In this document: positions 27,551 to 36,165 of the stretch, piece by piece
Position numbering within the stretch: position 1 is the first letter of the stretch
How the letters are laid out: every line of letters begins with the position of its first letter
Assembly (NCBI GenBank): GCA_963514005.1
Contig: OY740783.1
Location: 103,540,001 to 103,604,000, forward strand
Direction: 5' to 3'
Origin: Raja brachyura
Taxonomy: Eukaryota
DNA: 64,000 nucleotides
The notes under the pieces: model-generated
Told to the model about the DNA's origin: nothing
The model's database searches: none
The model's input: only the letters and a program-made list of their open reading frames with translations
Translations under genes and position numbers: made by a program

Positions 27551-28702
27551 GATTGAGGAGTTGGGGTGGAGGGCGTCAGTTGTAGAATTCAAAGATAAGT
27601 ATCTGAAAGGAAGGAATTTGCTGGGTTTGGGACAATCTGGATGTTCTCACATTGACCCAGGACAGACAGAATAGCCTCCTGCAGAGATGTAACCATTCTA
27701 TGGTTCAATCTGACTTCAACAAGATCCCTACAAGACCCATGTCTGAGAGAATAGAATAAGAAACACTCAGTATCCAGCTCACAGATCTAAAACAAAATGG
27801 CTAATTTGTGACCGTCACAGAAGAGAGTGAGCACGTGGAAATGTGCTTCTAGACATACTTCTATCTCGGTGAAACTCCGTGTAAGCGTTTTTGGAAGGGT
27901 AAATAGTTTATGGCATTATTCTAAGCACCGTTCAAACATATTTTGATGCAATAAATGTGAAATAGTTACACTTAATTATTCTTCAAAGTTCTAACTTTTA
28001 ATTGAGTGCTTGTTGGTTTCTTCATTAATGTTGGTAGCATCGTTGAAAAACAGTTAAATTTAACCTCTCAAACTGATTGACTTTTCAATGTAAATCAAGC
28101 ACCTCATACATATTGATGATTCTCTAATTTTGGATTATGATAACAACGGATAAAAGTTAGGCAAAATCACTAGTGCATTTATTTTACTCCTGACCAAAAT
28201 GTTGCTTAATGGGGAACAAATTGGCAAGCAAATTCAGGAAAACGGTAAAAGCAAAATACAATGCTTTACTGGAAATACTCAAAAGGGTAGAGAACATCTT
28301 AAGGCAGAGAAACAGTTGTGTTTCAGGTTGATGACAATAAATCTGAGCTGGGAGTTCTAAGATGCAGAAAAAGTCCGGAGGAAGGAGAGAACAAATGGGC
28401 AATATCGAGAAGTGGGTGGACAGCAGGAAAAATTAAATGAAAAATGGTTAATGGTACACAGCCATAAAGTGAATGGTAATGGGGAAAGCACAGAGAGAAA
28501 GGGTTAGTTCAGAGGAGGTTAGGATGGAAAATGTACAGTCTGAATTTGTTGTTCTCATCATTTGGGACTAGAATATTGTACCTTACTTAGTGGGAAGATA
28601 CCAGTTTGCTTACAGGCCAAACCGCTCTACAGAGGATGCTATATCCTCCGTACTCCATCTGAGCCTGGAACATTTAGAGTTCTGCTGTTACACTGCTGTT
28701 TA

Positions 28703-29598
28703 CCCTGATGACCCACGACTGTTGTGCCAGGTTTAGTACAAACCACATCATGAAGTACGCAGATGACACAACAGTGGTGGGCCTCATCCGGAACGACAAT
28801 GAGCTGGCTTACAGGGAGGAGGTGAAACAACTGGTGGACCGGAGCAATACGAACAACCTGATCCTGAATGTCGAAAAAACAAAGGAGGTCATCGTCGCCT
28901 TCAGGAAAAACCGGCACAGTCCCACACCACTTTGCATCAATGACAGCGATTTGGAGGTGGTCAGTAGCACTAAGTTCCTGGGGGTGCAGATCACTAACAG
29001 TCTGACCTGGTCAAATAACATCTCATCCACAGTTAAGAGAGCGCAGCAGCGGTTGCACTTTCTGCGCCGGATGAGAAGAGATCACCTCCCCCATCCCATC
29101 CTCACCACTTTCTACAGGGGCACCATAGAGAGTATTTTGACCAGCTGTATCTCTGTCTGGTTTGGGGACTGTAAAGCCTCTGACTGGAAGTCCGTGCAGA
29201 GAGTGGTGAGGACAGCGGAAAAAATCATCAGGACTTCGCTCCCCTCAATCGGGGATATTGCGACCAAACGTTGCGTGTCTAAGGCCAGCAGTATTATAAA
29301 AGACCCCACACATCTCCATCATGGACTGTTGACTCTGCTGCCCTCGGGCAAAAGATATCGTAGCATAAGGAGCAGAACATCAAGGTTCTGCAACAGCTTC
29401 TTCCCACGAGCCATTAGACTCTTGAAAGCCATGTAATGGGCTGCCACCATTATCTATTTATCCTTTTATCCATTTTTCTCCAGTTTATCCTTCTGTTAAT
29501 TATCGAGTTGCACAGGGAGCCAAATGCAACGGAATTTCATTTGGAATTGCATATATCGATGTATTTCTAAATTACAATAAAGTTTGTTTGACTTTGAC
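28703..29598 (+). mobile_element. Rex1/Babar-like LINE 3' fragment with open RT C-terminus
   Basis: 242-aa ORF with KYADD, KFLGV, AQQRLHFLR, LLPSGKRYRS and SFFPRAIRLL; AATAAA plus (TTTGAC) tail. Confidence 0.88.
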
Positions 29599-30178
29599 AA
29601 GATGAGATCTTGTTGCTGGGCTTTTGAGGATTAATGCAATATCAAAGATTAAGAAAACCAATGGGCTTTGGTAATCTCCAGAACATTCTTAGTTCTTAAG
29701 AATAGTAAGATTGAACGAGAACTTACCAGTTCGAAGGTTGATCTTTATTTTATGAGGAGTCGAAGTGAGGGATTTCGTGAAGAGCCCGCCGGCGCGCATG
29801 CTCGACATACTTCAAAGTAGCGGCGTGGAATCACAGAAACCAACAATAGAAATGACTTCGCATAGTAAGATTGAAGTGACTAAGATTACCAGATGAAGGT
29901 GATTGAGGGTTGGGCGAGGAGGGCACGAAATCCCTCACTTCGACTCCTCATAAAATAAAGATCAACCTTCGAACTGGTAAGTTCTCGTTCAATCTTACTA
30001 TTTCATTTCGGAGTCACGTGAGTGACTTCGTGAAGACTTCAAAGCTTCTGTGATTACACGCCCTGGACCACGTCCATGCTGACACACCACTACCAGGGAT
30101 GGATGGGAGGAACAAACTTGCTCAATAGTTCATACTGCAAAACAAGAGCATATTTATGAATAACAAATCAAAAACCCC

Positions 30179-31258
30179 TCATGCAGGGACATCTCCACGT
30201 TCTTGACCTGCATTCAGCACGGCTTCTGCGAACTGTAGAGGAGCAGCAACAGGCTTGTTATAAAAACGCTGGAACACAGCTTCATTAGCCCATCCTGCTG
30301 TGGCGAGAATTTGGTCCATGGGCACCTCCATGACCCTCGCCGCTGACGTCGATGCAGCCCTGGTGGAATGAGACTTGAACACATTAGTGTCGATACCTGA
30401 CTTACCCAAGACGACTCGAAGCCACCTGGATATCGTCTGGACTGTCACTCGATGATGAGGTCTCTTATGAGTGACAAGCAGGTATCTCTCCATTCCTCTG
30501 ATGCGTGCCGTCACCTTGACATAGTGGCGGATATGTGAGGCTAAACATAGCCTAGCATCTGCGGGGTATGCCGGGAACTTCAGCTGCAGCCCTGTGCACC
30601 CAGGTCTATGCTGCTTTAGTAGCTCGTCAATGAAAAAGACTACTTCTGTAGGGGTAGAAGTCATTCTGTCGACACGAAGTTTGTGTAGTGTCTGTACCCT
30701 CTGAGCTGAAGTCAGCGCTAGTAACATCACCAGCTTCATGGTGAGTTGGTCCAGTTGGAGCCCTTCCATGGGAGACCACGTCCTGAGAAGGGTTAATACG
30801 TCCCTGACATCCCAGGTGATATTATAGCGTGGTGTAGGCGGATTCATATTGAATATACCCCGCATGAGTCTGGACACTAGCCTGTTGGATCCTACCCCAA
30901 TATTGAGGTAGAATGATAGCGCACTTCTGGCGCTGTTGATGGCACTGTAACTTGAGTGTTCATCATGGTGCAACCCCGCGAGGAATTCCAGGACGTCGGT
31001 TATTGTCACGTCATCGTACGTGATGCGAGAGCGGCTGCAGTAGGCTTCCCACTTCTTAATATGCGAGCGGTATCTTCGCCTTGTGGACTCTCGACACGAC
31101 GCCCCGATGGTATCCATGGTCCGAGCCGAGAGGCCGTATTGGACTAACGGCCTGTTCAGAACCTGCAAGCCAACAAATTTAAATAGCCATGGCAGGGATG
31201 TGGCTCCCCTGAGACAGGGTGAGTAACCAATTGTGGGCAACCCTTCAAAAGGACCCAA
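30179..31258 (-). CDS. DIRS copy 1 tyrosine recombinase
   Basis: Catalytic set present: R (SAQRVQTL), K (LLKQ), HxxR (HSTR), W (AGW), Y (RFYNK). N-terminal core-binding region GLSARTMDTIGASCRESTRRRY...W. Confidence 0.93.
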   Translation of the reverse strand: MGPFEGLPTIGYSPCLRGATSLPWLFKFVGLQVLNRPLVQYGLSARTMDTIGASCRESTRRRYRSHIKKWEAYCSRSRITYDDVTITDVLEFLAGLHHDEHSSYSAINSARSALSFYLNIGVGSNRLVSRLMRGIFNMNPPTPRYNITWDVRDVLTLLRTWSPMEGLQLDQLTMKLVMLLALTSAQRVQTLHKLRVDRMTSTPTEVVFFIDELLKQHRPGCTGLQLKFPAYPADARLCLASHIRHYVKVTARIRGMERYLLVTHKRPHHRVTVQTISRWLRVVLGKSGIDTNVFKSHSTRAASTSAARVMEVPMDQILATAGWANEAVFQRFYNKPVAAPLQFAEAVLNAGQERGDVPA

Positions 31259-33165
31259 GGTTCGTTGAGCATGTCAAAGACCACCGGATACCAAGGCTGT
31301 GTGGGCCAGTCGGGTATAATAAGGATGCCCTTGGCAGCATCTGCCTGAATCTTTCGCAATACCCGACTGATGAGGCAAAACGGGGGGAAGGCATAGAAAA
31401 ACCAATTCCCCCAGTCCAGCGAGAATGCATCTAGCGCTATTGCCCCAGGATCTGGTTCCCATGAAACGTAGGTTGGTACCTGATGGTTCAACCGTGACGC
31501 AAAAAGGTCAATGTCCGGTTTACCAAATTTGGCTGTGACTTTAGAAAAATTCTCAGGATGCAACATCCATTCAATATTGTCATTAAATTTGCGTGACCTG
31601 GTGTCCGCCACAGTATTAAGCTCACCTGGCAAATAGGTAGCTGAAATCCAAATGTCTCTTTGAACACACCAGAGCCAAATTGAGTTAGCCAATTTGTCAC
31701 ACGAAACTGACCTGGTACCACCCATATGGTTTAAGTATGCCACTGCTGTGGTGTTGTCTATTTGGAGACGGACATGTGCTCCAACAAGCTTGGAACAATA
31801 CGCACGAAGTCCGTGGAATGCTGCCAGCAACTCCAAATAGTTAATCCCTTGAGTCAACAACATCGTTGATTCAAGGGTGTCCCATCTGCCCCCACAACTA
31901 GAGCAATTATCCGTGGCTCCCCAGCCATTGGAGCTTGCATCAGTCTGCAAATATACCACCGGATTAGCCTCCCTGATAGGCTTGAATGAGCTGCTAATGT
32001 GACACACCCACCATTGCAACTCATTTATCGCTTCGGGCGGCAGCTGCATGGACCGATCATAATGACCAGCGTTCTGTTTTAACGCAGCAATTTTAGCTCT
32101 TTGCATATTCTGATAATGCAAAGGTCCATATCGCGCTGCCGGAAACAAAACTACAAGCTTCCCAATTATTGTAGCTGAATGCCGAATCGATGGTATATTG
32201 GTGCGGATTAAATCTTGACACACCTGGGTAACCTCCTCAATCTTGTTAATTGGAATGGTAACCCTCATGCTCATAGAGTTCACCGTGAACCCTAGGTAAT
32301 TAATCACCTGGGCAGGGCAGAACTTTGATTTCTCTGGATGGACAATAAACCCTAATTGTTGAAATATATTGACAGCAGCTGCAACACCCTGTTCAGCCAA
32401 TTCCAGGGTGTGGCCCACAATTAAGATATCATCTAAGTAGGCCATAACTATATGGTGTCGTTGTCTCAAATAAGCCATAATTGGTTTCACTAATTTAGTG
32501 AACAATCTAGGGGCTGTGGTGAGCCCATTAGGCAAAGCCTTGTACTGCCAGAGTTGCCCCATCCAGATGAATTTCAAAAACCTTCTGTCGTATTTCTGGA
32601 TGGATACTGAATAATATGCGTCTTTCAAATCGATGCATGCCATAAAGCAACCATGAGAAATCAATGATTTGGCTGTTTCAAACGTATCCATTTTAAAATG
32701 AGTATATGTTACAAAAGTATTCAAACGGGTTAGATCAATAATGACACGACAACCTCCACCCTTCTTAGGTCTGGTGAATATATTCGAAACAAATTCAACT
32801 GGCTCATGCACCGCTCTCTCAATCACTCCCTTCTGCTCAAGACTTAAAAGTTCCTTGTAGCCTGCTGCCTGTTCTGCAGCAGATAATTTAAACGTTCGAG
32901 CGGGCATGTGCTGGGATGGAGGAATGTCGCCATTAATAAACTCAATTTTATGCCCCTGAATATTCTGCAACACATACTCGTCACCAGTAAAATTACCCCA
33001 TGCACCCAAAAACAACCGAAGGCGACCACCAACATGTGAAGTTAAACAAAGAGAAAAGAGAGAACCAGACCCCTTCACCTCCGTGGTTACCGGCGGTCCT
33101 TGACACGCGTGGGTGGACGTGGGGGTGCTGGGTTGGCTTGAGGGCGCGGCGTCTTCGTTTTCCAC
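31156..33165 (-). CDS. DIRS copy 1 pol: reverse transcriptase, RNase H and C-terminal DNA-adenine-methyltransferase-like domain
   Basis: RT motifs IDLKDAYY, LPNGL, YLDD. RNase H motifs TDAS, NYLEL, IDN, NTVADTRSR. MT-like DLFAS and YAFPPF. The ORF-track start is GTG and there is no ATG near the 5' end. Confidence 0.95.
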   Translation of the reverse strand: MENEDAAPSSQPSTPTSTHACQGPPVTTEVKGSGSLFSLCLTSHVGGRLRLFLGAWGNFTGDEYVLQNIQGHKIEFINGDIPPSQHMPARTFKLSAAEQAAGYKELLSLEQKGVIERAVHEPVEFVSNIFTRPKKGGGCRVIIDLTRLNTFVTYTHFKMDTFETAKSLISHGCFMACIDLKDAYYSVSIQKYDRRFLKFIWMGQLWQYKALPNGLTTAPRLFTKLVKPIMAYLRQRHHIVMAYLDDILIVGHTLELAEQGVAAAVNIFQQLGFIVHPEKSKFCPAQVINYLGFTVNSMSMRVTIPINKIEEVTQVCQDLIRTNIPSIRHSATIIGKLVVLFPAARYGPLHYQNMQRAKIAALKQNAGHYDRSMQLPPEAINELQWWVCHISSSFKPIREANPVVYLQTDASSNGWGATDNCSSCGGRWDTLESTMLLTQGINYLELLAAFHGLRAYCSKLVGAHVRLQIDNTTAVAYLNHMGGTRSVSCDKLANSIWLWCVQRDIWISATYLPGELNTVADTRSRKFNDNIEWMLHPENFSKVTAKFGKPDIDLFASRLNHQVPTYVSWEPDPGAIALDAFSLDWGNWFFYAFPPFCLISRVLRKIQADAAKGILIIPDWPTQPWYPVVFDMLNEPWVLLKGCPQLVTHPVSGEPHPCHGYLNLLACRF

Positions 33166-34946
33166 CAGGGTCTCTGCCGACCCTGTCCTAAAAAAGACCC
33201 CTGGTGCTGGGTCTGATGTTGCTGTCGTTGTGGAGCTTGAGGGTGGGTCCTCGCCGAGGTACTAGCAGGCCCTCGTGATCGAATGTATGGAGACTTTGAG
33301 CCTGACGGTGCGGGGGCACTCTGAGAGCGCATGATCCCCACCGTTTTGGCTTGTTCGTCAAGCTCTTTGACTCTCTTCGAGAGGTCCTCCCCAAAGAGCT
33401 GACAGGGCGGGGGCGGCGGCGGTGGTTTGCACAATACTGCAAACTTCGGATTGAGCGCTGGACGGATGCTGGTTTTGCGAAACCCGTTGATTTCGTGCTG
33501 GGTCGCGCACAGGAGGGCCAGAGCATCTTCCTGGTCCAAATTCAGTTCGTCCCCGTCCACCGACCGCGCAAAGGCGGTAATACCGGCCGTGAGGAGCTTC
33601 AGGATCCGCTGCAATTTTACCTCTTGTTGACGGATAGCCGCACTGATGTTGCCCCATATCGGCGTATTGACCACAGGCACGTTGAGGGAGTTGCAATTGG
33701 ATGGAGCCTTGAGACGGCTCATTGCCTGAATGAGGACTTCTTCCTGTAGTTGCTGGTTGTTAAGAAAGTCCACAGTGGCTGCCAGCTTTGCATTTAAAGG
33801 AAGTCCAGATGAATGTGGGGCCGCAAATTTGGTCGCCACATCCAGAAGATCCTCCGCTGGCACCTCCAACGGAGGTGGTATGGAATCCACCAAAACCTCC
33901 TCCTCCTGCTGCTCCAGGCTGATGGTAGAGGCTGGTGACGACGCCCTGTGCCTGTTGCTGCCCTGCTGTAGTTGACGTTGAAGCAGGAGCTCCAGCAGCC
34001 GCTCCATACGGTCAATACGCCCTTCACCCTGAACACTCAGGTGGTCGGAGTCCTCCGGCTCTGAAAAAAAAAACGGGCTCCTATCATCGGCCCGCACCTC
34101 ATCGAGGCCCAGCCGGTGCCGGTAGTTGTCGCTAACAGCCGCCGAGGCGAAACTGCGCGATTCCCCCCCGGGCGTGTTCAACCGCCTCCGTTTAGCGGGA
34201 GCTGAAGCCGCTTCCACTAAGGGCACTTGCGGCGTGGTGTCGGCACCAGCCGAAGCATGGCTGCCTGAAGCCCGCGCAGGCTTGCCGGCTGCCCACATCG
34301 TGGACTTTGCCGACGCATGGTCTCGCCCACCCATCCATGGGGGGCTCGGCGACCGTGACGAGACCCGACTCAACCGACCCGTCCCGGCGTCGAGAGTCGG
34401 GGTGTGCCGGCTGGACCTCACAGCCGCCCCGGGTCTCGCCCTGGAACCTGACCGCTCCTCCGTGTCAGGCAATGCCTTAGCCCTGGCAGGGTTAGGCTTC
34501 TGGGCTGCTGCCATTCCCCTACTCGGAGGGCTGAGTGGAACGGGCCGTGCAGCCGCACGCACCCAGCTCGAGGTCGCCAGCGAGCCCGCTGACGACCTGA
34601 CTGCCATGGCAGGGTCCCCCTGCTCTGGCGGCACACCACACTCCTCCTCGTCGAACTCCTCCGAGCTGCGGTGTGCTGGCGGATCTGGACCTGTAATCAC
34701 AGGGCTTACCCACATCTCCGCCTGAGTCCCGGCCTGCGTTGCAGGTACTGCCGATGGTAAAGGCCCCGGAACTGTTGACCGGCGAACTCGTCCTGATGTC
34801 CTCCGGCCCTTGGAACTCCCATCCATGTCCTTGCTGCAAGACATAACCAACAACAAGGACCACCAACTAAAGGTAGGATACTTACCTCCGTGGCCCCATA
34901 TGAAGGGCTGGCGAGGAGCGCGCTCCACCGCCAGCCGTCGCAGCAA
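33087..34946 (-). CDS. DIRS copy 1 ORF1 (gag-like)
   Basis: Long low-complexity N-terminus followed by a block conserved in copy 2 (PSNCNSLNVPVVNTPIWGNI...LQRILKLLTAGITAFARS...LFGEDLSKRVKEL). True start uncertain (ATG 34826 or spliced leader). Confidence 0.85.
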   Translation of the reverse strand: MLRRLAVERAPRQPFIWGHGGKYPTFSWWSLLLVMSCSKDMDGSSKGRRTSGRVRRSTVPGPLPSAVPATQAGTQAEMWVSPVITGPDPPAHRSSEEFDEEECGVPPEQGDPAMAVRSSAGSLATSSWVRAAARPVPLSPPSRGMAAAQKPNPARAKALPDTEERSGSRARPGAAVRSSRHTPTLDAGTGRLSRVSSRSPSPPWMGGRDHASAKSTMWAAGKPARASGSHASAGADTTPQVPLVEAASAPAKRRRLNTPGGESRSFASAAVSDNYRHRLGLDEVRADDRSPFFFSEPEDSDHLSVQGEGRIDRMERLLELLLQRQLQQGSNRHRASSPASTISLEQQEEEVLVDSIPPPLEVPAEDLLDVATKFAAPHSSGLPLNAKLAATVDFLNNQQLQEEVLIQAMSRLKAPSNCNSLNVPVVNTPIWGNISAAIRQQEVKLQRILKLLTAGITAFARSVDGDELNLDQEDALALLCATQHEINGFRKTSIRPALNPKFAVLCKPPPPPPPCQLFGEDLSKRVKELDEQAKTVGIMRSQSAPAPSGSKSPYIRSRGPASTSARTHPQAPQRQQHQTQHQGSFLGQGRQRPWWKTKTPRPQANPAPPRPPTRVKDRR

Positions 34947-35029
34947 CGCGGTACGACGATATGACGAGCATGCGCGCCGGCGGGCTCTTCACGAAGTCAC
35001 TCACGTGACTCCGAAATGAAATATGCTTA

Positions 35030-35236
35030 GGAAGGAACTGCAGATGCTGGTTTAAACCAAAAGTAGACACAAAAAGAGGGAGTAAGTCAGCGGGTCCGAC
35101 AGCATCTCTGAAGAAAAGGAATAGGGTACGTTTCGGGTGAAGACCCTTCTGAGTCTCAACCAGAAATGTCACCTATTCCTTTTCTCCAGAGATTTTGTCT
35201 GACCCGCTGAGTTACTCCAGCTTTTTGTGCCTATCT
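35030..35236. repeat. Palindromic Penelope-end repeat (same family as 60812-61040) abutting DIRS copy 1
   Basis: gaaggaactgcagatgctgg...acgtttcgggt...gaaatgtcacc...gctgagttactccagc. Further degraded copies at ~1213-1308, 5095-5222, 20320-20500, 52680-52775, 54100-54405 and 60140-60225. Confidence 0.7.
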
Positions 35237-35279
35237 TGTGTATGCTTCACCCTTCATGTTTTACACAAACAGCACCTTG

Positions 35280-36165
35280 TAGGTATGTTACAAAACTTAC
35301 CTTTAGCGGTGCTGCAGTTCTGCCGCTGGCCGTCTGCGCCTTTGGCGTCTTTAAGGGGGGGGCGGGGTTAAAATGCAGTTTTCCCCTTGCCATCCGGAGC
35401 TTTCTGTTGTCGGAGTGCGATCTATTTCTGGAGATGCATTCTGACTGCCGGTAAGTCCGTTTTTTTTTTATAAATAGCCCGACTACTTCATCACTGCAGT
35501 AAAATAAAAATCAGCTCCTAATGCCGTGAACACCGACAACGGGACCGATTTTACTTAGGGGACAGGTAAGTGAAAGCTGTTTATTTTTACATATAAACTT
35601 GCTTTTTTAGGGGACTTTATTCAATATTTCATGTTGCGAAACGGTGATTTAGTCCCCATATGAACCGGCAGAATCTTTCCTGCCGATATTGGGTTTAAAT
35701 TCACCGCAACCGCAACGTTCCAATACATCACGTTCCAGAAAATCCCACTCGCAAGCTGTTTAAAATGCCCATTAATTTTTTTTTAATTTTTTCTTAAGAA
35801 ATGGATAGATGTTTAGATCTAGTAATTGAATTTTGTAATCGGCTACAATTGGGTAACTAACTAATTATATGCTTTAATTTCAGGTCATCCAAGTAAGATT
35901 GTTTCATATTTGTTTCAGAATACTTCAATCTATAATAACTGAAAATTTCTTTCAGTTCTCTTAATTTTTAAGGAAGTTATGGGCTTTTGACTGTCCTTGA
36001 TCACAACTTTTGTGTTAAGTCAATAGAAAAGCAATAGGAAGCAAGTTGCTAATTTCCGAGTATGAAAGTGAATTAGGTGTCAAATTAAACTTATTTTTAT
36101 GCTTTATCTGATGGGATAAATTGCAGACTTGATTTTTAAAATCTCAAAATTTTGTAATATTGCTA
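35280..36165. mobile_element. Non-autonomous DNA transposon (superfamily uncertain)
   Basis: Imperfect TIRs TAGGTATGTTACAAAA / TTTTGTAATATTGCTA; near-duplicated flank caccttg / caccttt. Confidence 0.5.

Larger units (their letters stand above)
29701..35022 (-). mobile_element. Full-length DIRS1-type tyrosine-recombinase retrotransposon, copy 1 (apparently intact)
   Basis: gag, RT-RNaseH-MT and YR ORFs. Short ITRs at ~29774-29809 and ~34960-34996. Internal complementary region (ICR) 29924-30036 mirrors both termini. AAT at both junctions. Confidence 0.96.

Noticed and set aside
34126-34725. 199-aa plus-strand ORF antisense to gag (and 41992-42513 in copy 2)
   Set aside because: GC-rich mirror frame of gag with a non-ATG start and no recognisable domain.
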